Program-made: the position numbers and the translations under genes
NCBI GenBank assembly: GCA_000002445.1
Contig: CP000070.1
Span: 832,001 to 896,000, forward strand
Length of the DNA: 64,000 nt
Direction of reading: 5' to 3'
Origin: Trypanosoma brucei
Taxonomy: Eukaryota
Notes under the pieces: model-generated
The model's database searches: none
Seen by the model: the letters and a program-made list of their open reading frames with translations, nothing else
What the model was told of the DNA's origin: nothing
Shown here: positions 51,775-62,922 of the stretch, in pieces
How the letters are laid out: each line of letters opens with the position of its first letter
Position numbering within the stretch: the stretch's first letter is position 1

Positions 51775-52956
51775 TCACGAAGGCACGTCCGTCAGCTGAA
51801 ACAGTGGGTGTTCTGGTCCAACATAATCTCGAACGGACGAAAGAGCTACAGCGCCAAACGGCACACCGAATGCATGAAGCTTCAACGCCTCCGTGAGGCA
51901 GCGCTCCAGGTCACCCGAAAGAAACAAGGTCACAACAAGGGCACAACGGTGATCGTGCTTGTGCGGATCGTCCGCGAGAATTGACCGTAGTCTCTTTTCA
52001 CTACATACATCGCCTTTCCACTTAATTGTCAAAGAGTGCATCATTCGTTGCGTGGCACATACGCGCGCAGCGTCGCTTTCAAATTCCACGCAAAACTCCT
52101 CGTAGTCTCCCCGCAACCGTTGCAAGTGGTCGTCTGCACACCTTCCCTGGACCAGGATAGCAAGACTCACCCATGCGAGGCACATTGCTGTGCTTCCCCT
52201 CAGTCTGGTATCACTTCCACAGTTTGAAGACATTGCATCTAGAGTGCCAAGCGCGCGGCCAAAGATTTTCTCTGCATACTCCGCCCGGCCCGTCGTCATC
52301 AAACGCTTGCCCATCTCAATCAACCGAGCGATGTCTACTGTCATTCGCTGTCCGACAACTGAAGCCGTATCAACTGCGTCGTCTTGCACTGGCTGTTGCG
52401 GGGATAACGGAAGTGATGATACTACGGCAATACTGTCACCACGTTGGTACGAAGCCAGGCGTTGGCATACCAACGCCACCTCAGAAACCAGATTCGCAAG
52501 TGGCTGGTGTAGCATGTCCGCAATCTCTCCCCTGTACACAATGAGAAGGAGCGGCGTCCCCTTTTCCTTGCCCAGCTGCGTTCTGGCGGCACCGAAGGCG
52601 TCATCGCTACAATTCCACAGGTGCAATCCCAACCTCGTGCCAAACTCGGTAGCGGCGGCCTTAACAACCCGTTCAAAAGCGATCAAATCTGCTGCAGTGA
52701 CTGCATCAACATCCGCCTCGTAGCACAGTAGCAGGTGATCAAAACTACTGGAGGTGAAAATAGACTGAAAACTATCTACGCTGTCAACTACGGACACGCA
52801 GAATTCGCCTAACGATGCCATAAAGTGCCTCAAAAGCAAATAAGCGAGGGTACGCATGTGCACGTAATTTTTGTTCCACAGTAAAATGGAGTATGGGAAA
52901 AGCGCAGTGAAGAAGGCAGTCATACACTGTTGTGTAAAAAAAGCACGTAGAAACAT
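51775..52956 (-). CDS. Conserved hypothetical protein (393 aa)
   Basis: ATG at 52954-52956 checked. Long minus-strand ORF in register with neighbours. No confident motif (weak thioredoxin-fold-like stretch 'WNCSDDAF...PLLLIVYRGE'). Confidence 0.6.
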   Translation of the reverse strand: MFLRAFFTQQCMTAFFTALFPYSILLWNKNYVHMRTLAYLLLRHFMASLGEFCVSVVDSVDSFQSIFTSSSFDHLLLCYEADVDAVTAADLIAFERVVKAAATEFGTRLGLHLWNCSDDAFGAARTQLGKEKGTPLLLIVYRGEIADMLHQPLANLVSEVALVCQRLASYQRGDSIAVVSSLPLSPQQPVQDDAVDTASVVGQRMTVDIARLIEMGKRLMTTGRAEYAEKIFGRALGTLDAMSSNCGSDTRLRGSTAMCLAWVSLAILVQGRCADDHLQRLRGDYEEFCVEFESDAARVCATQRMMHSLTIKWKGDVCSEKRLRSILADDPHKHDHRCALVVTLFLSGDLERCLTEALKLHAFGVPFGAVALSSVRDYVGPEHPLFQLTDVPS

Positions 52957-53080
52957 ATTGAAACTGAGGTGTGGTCCGAAATCACGGCAAACAGTAGCAA
53001 CTGCGTACTAACGTACTGCAACCGGGTATCCAGCCGTTTTCCTTTTCTGACTTTGTAAGGGAAGCATTATTTTACATGGG

Positions 53081-54394
53081 TCATGTTGGTGCATCCGCCA
53101 TACAATCGATCACCTCGTCTGGCAAACCCAACCGCATGTTGAGCACCGGATCCGGCTCTTCTGGAGCAATTGGGGCACCCCTTCCCCCACAGTAGGAAAG
53201 AGAGGTCCCCTCAAGGTTACAACCAGGGACTACCTCACAGTGAGGCTCGTCATGGCTCCACGTGCCACGGAAAACGCGGCCATCCCGTGTTTTGATTTCA
53301 CCCACACCATGTCTCCTGTCATCTAGCCAGTCACCAGAGTACTCAACTTCCCCGCATTGGTACACACCTCGTCCGCAACGCTTACCGCCTCGAAACTCAC
53401 CCTTGTAGCTACATTTTTTGTCTTGGGAAACAAACTCACCATCGCCATCGTATAGTCCCCTACACCAGGAACCCTTATACATGGACCCGTCGGCGTATGT
53501 GCATTTCCCGATGCCATGAACAGCACCACTGCTCCACCCTCCTTCGTACTGAAGCAACTTACTTGTATATGTCCCCGTGCCGTGCTTCCGTCCGTTACAC
53601 CAATCTCCGGTATAAACATCCCCATTGTAGTAGGTCATCGTTCCACGGCCGTGCTCATAGCCGTTTCGCCACTGGCCTTCGTACCTAGCCCCGTTAGTAT
53701 AGAAAAATGTTCCCGAGCCTTCGTACACGCCATTCACCCAATCGCCTTTATACGCATATCCCTCACGGTACAGGTACTCTCCGTATCCCCGTATTTGGCC
53801 GTCAACAAAATCGCCAATATACAGCCCTTCAGGTTCCGCCAGCTCGCCCCGACCATGCCATTTTCCGGCCAGCCACTTCCCGCTGTAAAGTGTTCCAAAG
53901 TTAGGGCTGCAGCACATGCCATTACCATTGCGCACTCCGAAGAACCATTCACCCTCGTAAATATCGTTATCTGCCACTCGGCGCATGACGCCCGTCCCGT
54001 GCATTCGGCAACTTTTCCAATTGCCTTCATACATATCGCCGTTGTCAAAAGTAATGGATTGATACCCTTCTGGACTCATTGCCTTCAATCGTTCACGTAC
54101 AACAATGAGCAGTTCGTCAAGAAGAGCCTGTGTGCGCTCAGATGCACGCTGCTCCACTAACTGCAGCTCCTCTCGCCGCTCATTCTGCTTTCGCAGCAGG
54201 TGTCTTAGCGACTTCTTGAAGTTCAAACATTCTATATGACCAGCCTCACGCTCTCTAAATGTCCTCTCAACTTCCTCCTGTGCTTCCAGCGACTGCCGCA
54301 GTATCTCTATCCCGCCCTTAGGGAATGTTGGGGGGTTCACGGACGGACAGGAACTCCACATCGGCACTAGGCCGATTCCTGATCCCAAAGCCAT
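53081..54394 (-). CDS. MORN-repeat protein (437 aa, ~12 consecutive MORN units)
   Basis: ATG at 54392-54394 checked. Units 'YEGNWKSCRMHGTG', 'YEGEWFFGVRNGNG', 'YSGKWLAGKWHGRG', 'YKGDWVNGVYEGSG', 'YEGQWRNGYEHGRG', 'YTGDWCNGRKHGTG' and further. Confidence 0.85.
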   Translation of the reverse strand: MALGSGIGLVPMWSSCPSVNPPTFPKGGIEILRQSLEAQEEVERTFREREAGHIECLNFKKSLRHLLRKQNERREELQLVEQRASERTQALLDELLIVVRERLKAMSPEGYQSITFDNGDMYEGNWKSCRMHGTGVMRRVADNDIYEGEWFFGVRNGNGMCCSPNFGTLYSGKWLAGKWHGRGELAEPEGLYIGDFVDGQIRGYGEYLYREGYAYKGDWVNGVYEGSGTFFYTNGARYEGQWRNGYEHGRGTMTYYNGDVYTGDWCNGRKHGTGTYTSKLLQYEGGWSSGAVHGIGKCTYADGSMYKGSWCRGLYDGDGEFVSQDKKCSYKGEFRGGKRCGRGVYQCGEVEYSGDWLDDRRHGVGEIKTRDGRVFRGTWSHDEPHCEVVPGCNLEGTSLSYCGGRGAPIAPEEPDPVLNMRLGLPDEVIDCMADAPT

Positions 54395-54749
54395 TGTGTG
54401 CGGACCTTTTTACCTTTGGACCCTGGAGACAAACAAGCAAAGCTGGCGCAGCCTAAGCGGCAGGAAGCACCAATAGGACCTCTACCCAGGCAGCAATGTA
54501 GGGAAAGTCAAACACAGCGACAGGTGAACGACACGGAAGCCGCCCCTCAGACAGTGTGATCAACGTCTTCGATTACACAAAGAGGGAGAAAGTATGGAAA
54601 TAGGAAAAAGGGAGGAAGTAAAGATAGTTTATAAAACAGTAAAAGTGGGGTGGAAGCTGTAAGGTCAACAGCGGATGCGCACGGAGATCGAATGGAAGCT
54701 CTTCTGTCAGCTCCAACACGCATACATACCTAAAACAGCATAGACCCAT

Positions 54750-55199
54750 CTATTTGCCACGCATCTGCATCATGACGCTCTTAAATTCTTCAAACGACAC
54801 TTCGCCATCGCCATCTTCATCTGCTTCGGCAATCATCTCTTGCAGCACGTCATCGCCGGGGTTTTCTCCAAGGAGCTTAGCCACCTCCTTCAGGTTTGCA
54901 AACGAGATTTTCCCCTTTTTGTCCAAGTCGAATAACTGGAACGCCTTTAACACTTCCTCTGGGGAGTCCTTCTGTGCCATCCGTGACTTGACCATCCGCT
55001 CAAACTCCCCATATTCAATGAGACCATTGGCATTGGTGTTCATCGACCGTACAGTCCGTTCCACTTCATCCCTTGGAAGGTCTCCGAAACCCAAACCCTT
55101 CATTGCCAGTGCCATTTCCTCCGCGTCGATAGCTCCGGAGCCGTCCGCATCGAAGAGATTAAACGCTTCACGGATCTGTTCATCAGTAAGCGCCGCCAT
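54750..55199 (-). CDS. Centrin/calmodulin-family EF-hand protein (149 aa, four EF-hands)
   Basis: ATG at 55197-55199 checked. '[23 protein letters not shown]' and three further EF-hand loops ('[13 protein letters not shown]', '[13 protein letters not shown]'). Centrin-like spacing. Confidence 0.85.
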   Translation of the reverse strand: MAALTDEQIREAFNLFDADGSGAIDAEEMALAMKGLGFGDLPRDEVERTVRSMNTNANGLIEYGEFERMVKSRMAQKDSPEEVLKAFQLFDLDKKGKISFANLKEVAKLLGENPGDDVLQEMIAEADEDGDGEVSFEEFKSVMMQMRGK

Positions 55200-56760
55200 T
55201 GTGGCAAAACAAGCTCGGGCCCTGTTACTGATTATTTCGTTAACAGTGGTGTCCCCTTAAGCGCACACAGCTGCAGAAGTGAATATCTACTTCCTTGGAG
55301 AAATGTAGCTCACTAAGATGAAGCACCAAGAAGCAGAAGATAAATCAACGGTTCATATAAGGGAAGGAGAGTACAGCTCCACCACCCACCAGCAACCTAG
55401 CGTAAGTACATATAACCGGATAATGGTATGTGGTACGAAAAAAACAAACCCCACACATACAATTGTACCTACTTGGACGACACCAAATGAGGTTAAACCA
55501 ACCACATGGAAAAAAAAGGCACAGCATGCCCAACTTCTTCGCAGCCGAGTACCCTAACACCACAACGGTTCAACAACACCCTGCCATCCCACACTTATCC
55601 TTTTCTTCTCGTTGCACGCCTGTCAAGGGTTCACCTGATGCTTCCGTTTCAAAACGACATGGCGGCTACAGAAAGTCACTAATAATTCACCAGAGATAGC
55701 AGATGCGTAAGCAATGGACTTCACTAAACAACACACAAATTAGTGAGAAACGCAAAATACCCTGTCCGCACCCCACACACACCACGCATGAACGCAAACA
55801 AACTGACGATGCTAAATCCCGGAGACATACAAGTTGGAAATATAAGCGGAAAAAGAAGCACTCGATAAAACGCACAAAGGATAAACCAATCCCCGCACGA
55901 GCGGTTTGCGATCGCATACCCACACCTCCGGAAACGAGGACCACAGATAATGTACGCTAGCACCGGCTTCAAGAAAAGTAGCGGAAGCAGCAACTTGACA
56001 TCAGGGAGTGAATTGGTGCCAAACCATGTTTGCACTCCTATCCCAAGGCACCGCAGTACAGCAAACAAACATCAAATGACCACATACAGGCAACGCTTCC
56101 CGGGGGTCCGTCGGACCGAGATGAGATAACACAAAGCAGACCGGGGGGGGGGGGTTCTGCCTTCCTTTTGAGGGGCGCTTGACAACATCATTCACAGCGG
56201 CTGCCAGTTGCGTGGTCGGGGGTAGAGCGTGGTCTATAATTGCTCAGTTGTCAACCGGGCTCGGAGACCTACCATCACTGAAGGCAGTGTCTCAGTCGGC
56301 CCGCAGCCACCGTCCACAAGCATGCGCTGCACCGCTCAACGGCAGCAAGCTACACCAAATAACCTCCATTGATAACTATTGTACGACCCCACACCATCGG
56401 GAGCCCACACCTCCTCTCAACATCCCTGTCCCACTTTTGCTAACAAACAACAAAACAAAGGGGGAACAAGACTTTACCCATATAACACAACGACCCTAAA
56501 TTTTGGCTCTCACCCCCGGTATTCCCAGCAGTGAGTAGCTCTGTGGATGTCACTTAAGCACAGCCTTTACAATGACAACCTCCATTTATTTCACACACTC
56601 ACCAACACCCCCGCACATACCCGTACGTCATGCAGATTACTTTTTCGGGTGCTTCAGCAAAAGTGCAAGACACGAGGCACGTATTGATTATAACAGGAGC
56701 ATTTTTTCCCTCCAGTTCTCAGATAATTTTACATACGCAGCCGCAGCGCTACCACAATTC

Positions 56761-57099
56761 TCAAACAACATCCAACAGCGTGACCTCAAACACAATGACA
56801 GTGTTAGGAGGAATTATGCCAGGGAAACCAGTTGACCCAAAGGCCAGTGATGGAGGCATGGTGAGCCGACTGCGCTCACCCTTTGACATCTGCACAATTC
56901 CCTCGTCCCAGCCTTTGATGACCTCTCCGCATCCAACACGGAAAACAAACGGCTTCCCCCTTTCAATAGTGGAGTCGAACTTTCGACCATCAGGCAGATA
57001 TCCAACATAGTCCAGTGTCACGATACTCCCCTGACGCGGTATCGTTTTGCCATCGCCCTCAATGATCTTGTCCATCATAACGCAGTCATTTCGCGACAT
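56761..57099 (-). CDS. FKBP12-type peptidyl-prolyl cis-trans isomerase (112 aa)
   Basis: ATG at 57097-57099 checked. 'GDGKTIPRQGSIVTLDYVGYLPDGRKFDSTIERGKPFVFRVGCGEVIKGWDEGIVQMSKGERSRLTMPPSLAFG' is the FKBP fold signature. Confidence 0.9.
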   Translation of the reverse strand: MSRNDCVMMDKIIEGDGKTIPRQGSIVTLDYVGYLPDGRKFDSTIERGKPFVFRVGCGEVIKGWDEGIVQMSKGERSRLTMPPSLAFGSTGFPGIIPPNTVIVFEVTLLDVV

Positions 57100-58291
57100 T
57101 TCCGCCCTACCGATTGGTTTGCTTCAGCTCTAGGTAAATAAAGTCCACTTCAAAGACTTGTTAGTCTTCCCTATAATCGTTTTGTTTCTAGATTTCCTCC
57201 TTTGGAGGCAAATTACCTCACCTGACGATTGCTCTCCCTCTCTCTTTCTCTCTATTCGAAAAGAATTCGATTTGTAGCCTAATGCACTACTCTGTTATTG
57301 CCTTTTACTTTATTCTATAAAGGCGATGGGGCTTCTTGCTTTGTTCCACGCAAACTACGAATCAATAACAAGTGACTAGGTAGAGGGAGGGTGAGTTGTT
57401 TGCATTGGAACGCTCTTCGTTTCAATGCATGCAAAGAAACACTCTGGGAACTGTTTACTTGCCCCTCCAACGCTGTGAACACCCATTCGCCTACGACTCT
57501 GCGTCGAACAGACGTAAAAATTGCATTATATCCGAGGAACGGCAGATACCCATCGGGGTGCAAAGGTGCGCCATTTTTTCATGAATACACGGTACGGAGC
57601 TTTAAAAAAGGGTCATTGCTCCAGCAGGAATGGAGTCTTATCATCACCAGCCAAGTAGTTAACACGATGAACACGTTAACGAAGAAGAGATTTTAAAATA
57701 TAATAAGTAGGGAAAGTGTTCAGTTGAATATTCACCTGAACGGTGGCTCCAATCGATACGGCCGACAGTTTGCACACAGTTAGATAGAGTCCCACACCGG
57801 AGGTGCGAACCATAGCGTTAGGCCCTTTTTTTTTAGAAAAGGGGTTTAACTCTCGTGTGGTAAGCTCAATAGTCCTGCCAAACGAGTAAGTGGGAGTAAC
57901 TTCCCAATCAAACCAATCCGGTGGATCAAACAACCTACTGTCAGAATAGATATCCATCTCTGATGAAACCAGCTCCTGCAAGGTGAAGAATCACTAAAAC
58001 CTCGGTGGTCAAAGTGATCACTTCGGGCATTGCAGTATTTCGTAGGACTTCCCGCAGACCTCACGTTAGTAGGGGATATTGTTCCCTGCCACGAAGCAAA
58101 CCAAGCAAATTCTGCAAATGCACCCAGTTAACTAAAGGGAAACGTAAAACAACAGTAGTCTCCACCAAAGACAATGCTTATGGGTGAACGATCCATAAGA
58201 AGGCATACCACTCACATAAACAGGTAACGGAGGCAAAACGAATCCCAAAATATATTTATATATATTTGAAAATATCGCGTACGCACCGCCA

Positions 58292-58987
58292 CTAATAACG
58301 AGGAGACAGAATGTCAAGAACCTCCTTGCCTGGCATCGTGTGCAAAGCCCGCTCCCCTGACAACGCACGTTCCGTGTCCTCAAGCTTATCACCACTACTC
58401 TGACCGCATTCTGTAATCCACGCTCGACTAACCGGCGTACCACAGCTGGAGCCAGATAAAACGGCGACACGGTCAACCACTTCCCATCCATCGATAACCT
58501 GTCCGCAAACAACAAATTTGCCATCTAAATGGTCATTCCGTGCTAAGTTGAAAAAAAACTGTGAACCGTTTTGATTGGGGGCGCTGTGCGCCATTGCCAC
58601 CGTTCCTCGAAGATGTTTCCCTGCCTTACCCTCAAAACTCTCGTCCGGGAATGGAAATCCGAACACACTAACATTTCCTCGTCCATCCTTCAGCAAAATA
58701 TCACCCCCTTGCACGATAAACCCAGGGATGACACGATGAAATGGAATACCTTTGTAAAACAAGGGGCATTGGCTGTAACCTCGCTCACCAGTGCATAGTG
58801 AACGAAAATTTTCGGTTGTCTTGGGAACGATGTCGTGGAAAAGCTCAACACTCACACGGCCGAGTGCATCTCCCTCCACGGTGACGTCCATGAAAACCAC
58901 GGGGTTCACCTCATCTCGTTCGTACGGTACGAAATACTGCAGTATCCTCCCGTTAATTAGCTGTGCTAAACGCGTACGATGTAGCAT
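58292..58987 (-). CDS. Cyclophilin-type peptidyl-prolyl isomerase with ~30-aa N-terminal extension
   Basis: 'EVNPVVFMDVTVEGDALGRVSVELFHDIVPKTTENFRSLCTGERG...YKGIPFHRVIPGFIVQGGD' aligns with the cyclophilin A core. The track start at 59008 is TTG; the first ATG is codon 8 ('MLHRTRLAQLINGRILQYFVPYERDE...'). Confidence 0.8.
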   Translation of the reverse strand: MLHRTRLAQLINGRILQYFVPYERDEVNPVVFMDVTVEGDALGRVSVELFHDIVPKTTENFRSLCTGERGYSQCPLFYKGIPFHRVIPGFIVQGGDILLKDGRGNVSVFGFPFPDESFEGKAGKHLRGTVAMAHSAPNQNGSQFFFNLARNDHLDGKFVVCGQVIDGWEVVDRVAVLSGSSCGTPVSRAWITECGQSSGDKLEDTERALSGERALHTMPGKEVLDILSPRY

Positions 58988-59471
58988 TAACACTAGCAAC
59001 GCGACCAACTACCGATAATACGCTACCTTACCCTTTCTTTAACAGTTAAAAGAAAATAAGCCGCGCGAACACACAAATCAAATATGATAAGTTACCTAAA
59101 GACTCTAAAGGAAACATTGCGACTGCTTCGCGCTGGGAGCAGTAAAGACCACGAATCACCTTGTGCTTGTGTACAAGTTGTTTCTCTTTAATCTCCTACT
59201 TCATCCCTATATCGCACAACGTGGTAGTGCAAATATATGCTCACATGTTTCCTATTAACCTTGAATCCACCCTCAGGCGGACCAGCTTCTTTTCTTTGTT
59301 ACCCAATCAGTTTTGACGTACACATACCATATACAGGAAAAGGGATAAAGCTGCCTCAAACCTACTAAACCCGGAACAGGGCGTGCGCTCGGTTGAACAC
59401 GCAGCGATTCCCCCACAAAGATATAAACATTCGTGTTCACAACACCATATATGTACGGAATATCCAAGTTT

Positions 59472-60212
59472 TTAGCACCCGCAACCTGCCTTTTGCTTCG
59501 GTGGCGGTGGGCGCTGAGCCTCCGCCCTCGCTCTCGCTTCCGCTTCTGCCCTTGCTCTTGCTTCTGCCTCTGCCCTTGCTCTCGCTTCTGCCTCTGCCCT
59601 TGCTCTTGCTTCTGCCTCTGCCCTTGCTTCCGCTTCTGCCTCTGCCCTTGCTCTTGCTTCCGCTTCTGCCTCAGCTTCCGCGTCGGCTTCGGGGTTGGCC
59701 TCATCCTCCACGATGGGCTCGCCCTCAACCTCAATTTTCCGTCGCATGTATTCCCTCCTTATTTCTCTCATAGCCTCTCTCCCTTCTTCACCATACAGCG
59801 CATCCATAAACTCATCCACTGACACGTATCCCCGGTTATCCGAGTCCAGTGCGTTAAAAAGCGCATCGACCTCTTCAACACTGAGTGTGTCTTGAGTGGA
59901 ACCAACCTTTCCAGCGGTTTCCTGAAGTGTGGCGCGGGTAAAAATGCCATCAGGGGCGAGGGCAACAAGGTGCTTCGCCATTGCGTATGCGTCCCGAATG
60001 TGCTCACTCTCTTCACACATCAGCAAAAATTCATCTTCTGTTAGCAAGCCTGGAAACTGGCCTCGACGCGCGACATCCTCCACAGCCGACAACTTAAATA
60101 AGAATCCAGATTCCAAACCGGCAACAAGGGCTATAGATGGAGGGACAACTTTGTTTCCATCTCTCCTCTTGAAGTGCCGCTTTTCGAATGCAACATCTGG
60201 AGGGCAGAGCAT
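59472..60212 (-). CDS. EF-hand protein with long acidic Glu/Ala-rich repeat tail ending '...PPPPKQKAGCGC' (246 aa); possibly I/6-autoantigen-like cytoskeletal protein
   Basis: The track start is TTG; the first ATG is at 60210-60212 ('MLCPPDVAFEKR'), checked. EF-hand loop 'DALFNALDSDNRGYVSVDEFMDAL'. C-terminal '(AEAEARAR)n' encoded by imperfect 24-bp repeats ~59540-59665. Confidence 0.65.
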   Translation of the reverse strand: MLCPPDVAFEKRHFKRRDGNKVVPPSIALVAGLESGFLFKLSAVEDVARRGQFPGLLTEDEFLLMCEESEHIRDAYAMAKHLVALAPDGIFTRATLQETAGKVGSTQDTLSVEEVDALFNALDSDNRGYVSVDEFMDALYGEEGREAMREIRREYMRRKIEVEGEPIVEDEANPEADAEAEAEAEARARAEAEAEARAEAEARARAEAEARARAEAEARARAEAEARARAEAQRPPPPKQKAGCGC

Positions 60213-61212
60213 TATCTTGAATAAGGTAACAACAACTTTGAATATGTAAGGTTCTTCACCTACATGGACGGGGGAATTTAAAAGGAATGAAACGTAACTG
60301 CAGCATGGCGGGTAACGACAAGTACGCAACCCACGTAGAATTTTGAAGGAAATACTAACATGTGAGTTTGGGAAAGAATCAGCATATCGAAGACATTTGT
60401 ATTAAGCACATATGATAAAGCGAGCGACTGCAAATTTATTCCCGTCCCCTCACTTTCTAGGATAAAAGATTTAACAAATTCATCTGAATTTCTGTTGCCT
60501 GTCCACCCATTCCAGATCCGTTCACAACTCTGCCTCTTCATCTGCTTCCGCCTCCTCGTCCGCTTCTGCATCCACTTCCGCATCAGCTTCAGGGTTGGCC
60601 TCATCCTCCACGACGGGCTCGGTCTCAGCCTCAATTTTCCGTCGCATGTATTCCCTCCTTATTTCTCTCATAGCCTCTCTCCCTTCTTCACCATACAGCG
60701 CATCCATAAACTCATCCACTGACACGTATCCCCGGTTACCCAAGTCCAGTGCGTTAAAAAGCGCATCGACCTCTTCAACACTGAGTGTGTCTTGAGTGGA
60801 ACCAACCTTTCCAGCGGTTTCCTGAAGTGTGGCGCGGGTAAAAATGCCATCAGGGGCGAGGGCAACAAGGTGCTTCGCCATTGCGTATGCGTCCCGAATG
60901 TGCTCACTCTCTTCACACATCAGCAAAAATTCATCTTTTGTTAGCAAGCCTGGAAACTGGCCTCGACGCGCGACATCCTCCACAGCCGACAACTTAAATA
61001 AGAATCCAGATTCCAAACCGGTGCCAAGGGCTATAGATGGAGGAGTAACCTTGTTTCCGCTCCTCTTGAAGCACCGCTTTTCGAATGCAACATCTGGAGG
61101 GCAGAGCATTATCTTGAATAAGGTAACAACAACTTTGAATATGTAAGGTTCTTCACCTACATGGACGGGGGAATTTAAAAGGAATGAAACGTAACTGCAG
61201 CATGGCGGGTAG
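59670..61212 (-). repeat. Tandem duplication (period 900 bp) giving the two EF-hand genes; high identity over ~640 bp per copy (59670-60312 vs 60570-61212), divergent 3' parts
   Basis: 'gcctcatcctccacga[tc]gggctcg' at 59700 and 60600. Upstream flank identical to 'catggcgggta', then unique. Confidence 0.85.
60522..61109 (-). CDS. Tandem paralogue of the EF-hand protein (195 aa) with a short divergent acidic tail ('...EADAEVDAEADEEAEADEEAEL')
   Basis: ~95% identical to the 59472-60212 product over the N-terminal 170 aa. The track start is TTG; ATG at 61107-61109 checked. Confidence 0.65.
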   Translation of the reverse strand: MLCPPDVAFEKRCFKRSGNKVTPPSIALGTGLESGFLFKLSAVEDVARRGQFPGLLTKDEFLLMCEESEHIRDAYAMAKHLVALAPDGIFTRATLQETAGKVGSTQDTLSVEEVDALFNALDLGNRGYVSVDEFMDALYGEEGREAMREIRREYMRRKIEAETEPVVEDEANPEADAEVDAEADEEAEADEEAEL

Positions 61213-61319
61213 CAAGTATGTGGCTTGTAAAAACCTAAACTGGGTATAGGGGAAAGCAATACATATATACTGAGTTTCCCGTATTCCGCAAACTCTCACA
61301 ATGTGGGCCTTGCTTGATA

Positions 61320-62669
61320 TCATAACCTCTCCATCGATCTCGATGTGGAAATAAAAGATCCCAGGTCCCCAACCCGTCGAAATACAGACCCCATTTCATT
61401 GTTCCGTGGATCCATCTTACTGGGATATAGCTTATTTTTGAACTCCACCCAATCAAACTCGTTGCTGAACCCCTTTCCACTTCCACTAAGCAACCCCCGC
61501 GACTGTTGTGAAGGAAGGTGAGACCGACTCTCTCTTAAAGAACGCGGCACCTGTTTATAGACGGATGGCTGCTCTTCACGTAATGCCTGCAATTTGTTCG
61601 CTAGTTTTTCAAGATGTTCGTTTCCAACATACAAAGTGAGACCATCCTTCACGATCGCCTCAGCTTTCTCAAAGTCATCTTGATATGCTGCCGCCGCCGC
61701 CCATCCCACGTAACCCCTTGCGCAAGCGGTGCTCGTTGGCTTCACCTGTGGCTGCAGCAACGCCGCCTCTCTCCCGTTGTACTCTGCACCTTTGAAGTCA
61801 GCATTTAACAGTGAAGCAAATGAGATATTAGCGTGAGTAGTGGCCTGGGAATCAGGATCATGACAAAACATTAAGGCGTCAGCTAGCACGGATGCTGCAT
61901 CGCTATAGTTACCAGCATTAATGCACCCTTCTGAAATGGTCGTGAGCAGAAGAATTAGGCTTCTTTCATCATCTGCCGTCGTCTCAGCGGGGGACACTGT
62001 GGCCCCGATAAATGTACCTAAACTTTCGCTGATCTCCACTTGATGTTGTTCAGGCAAGCATTTTTCGCATTCCCCTAATACAGAAAGTGACCCTTCGAAA
62101 CGACTCCTCGCCAGCCGCCGGTGAGGCGTGCTCCCACCCTTTTCAACATAAGACTTATAATCAAACAGATCGTCTAGAAACCGGTCTTTTAAAACGGGGT
62201 TGGATAGTACGGATCTGAGACCAACAGGGGATATCTTAACCCCAAGTTGCTCCTCGAATTTTTTCATCGGAACGAGGAGAGGAGCAATACTGGGTTGCAA
62301 CGTCTTGTATCCACGTGCTGATTCAACCTCTGGGTACACTTCCACAGCTTTAAAGAAATCGTTAGAAGCGTTGACAAGCTCGCTAAGGGGATCTTTTATG
62401 TAGCAACGAAGCCACTCCTCCACCTCAACAGGTACGTGTTCCTGTTGATACGTTGAAAGAAATTCGTGTAGCCGGAATGGCACCTCCATACCAGTAGGAA
62501 AACACCCCAGTGTCCACCAGTACTTCATAGTGTACGGTCCTGGGCCGTGTGGACCCGGGAAGCGGTAAAGGTACAACGTTGGGTTCAGTGTCATATGTTT
62601 CTGATGTTTCGATCCTGGGCTCCATCCGCCCCTTTGGTAATTCTTACATGAAACACTCCGGAAAAGCAT
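61320..62669 (-). CDS. Conserved hypothetical protein (~449 aa), possibly helical-repeat (TPR-like)
   Basis: Long minus-strand ORF. The track start is TTG; the first ATG is codon 6 ('MLFRSVSCKNYQRGG', basic N-terminus). No confident motif. Confidence 0.55.
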   Translation of the reverse strand: MLFRSVSCKNYQRGGWSPGSKHQKHMTLNPTLYLYRFPGPHGPGPYTMKYWWTLGCFPTGMEVPFRLHEFLSTYQQEHVPVEVEEWLRCYIKDPLSELVNASNDFFKAVEVYPEVESARGYKTLQPSIAPLLVPMKKFEEQLGVKISPVGLRSVLSNPVLKDRFLDDLFDYKSYVEKGGSTPHRRLARSRFEGSLSVLGECEKCLPEQHQVEISESLGTFIGATVSPAETTADDERSLILLLTTISEGCINAGNYSDAASVLADALMFCHDPDSQATTHANISFASLLNADFKGAEYNGREAALLQPQVKPTSTACARGYVGWAAAAAYQDDFEKAEAIVKDGLTLYVGNEHLEKLANKLQALREEQPSVYKQVPRSLRESRSHLPSQQSRGLLSGSGKGFSNEFDWVEFKNKLYPSKMDPRNNEMGSVFRRVGDLGSFISTSRSMERL

Positions 62670-62922
62670 CTGAGGAGTCCTCAAAATGCAATACCTTGAA
62701 AATTACACGAAACATGAGGATTCTTTTTTTTTTCGAATGGTGCAAATGAATAAAGAAACAATGTACACAACGTAAGTTCGCACTGTCAAAACTTATTTAA
62801 AAGGGGGATGAGAAGTAAAAAAAATTGAAGATAAATCCGCAGGAGCCTCAATGAAAATTCCAAACGTTTGCACCCCACGAATGCAACGCGAATGCATTTT
62901 CTTGTGTTTCGTGATCAATGAT

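Noticed and set aside
53516-54160. 214-aa + strand ORF inside the MORN gene; similar antisense ORFs at 54754-55260 (centrin), 50386-51183 (MAK16), 19604-20335, 1291-1770 and 1332-1727
   Set aside because: All are antisense to strongly supported genes and show low-complexity composition. They are typical shadow ORFs in GC-biased coding DNA.
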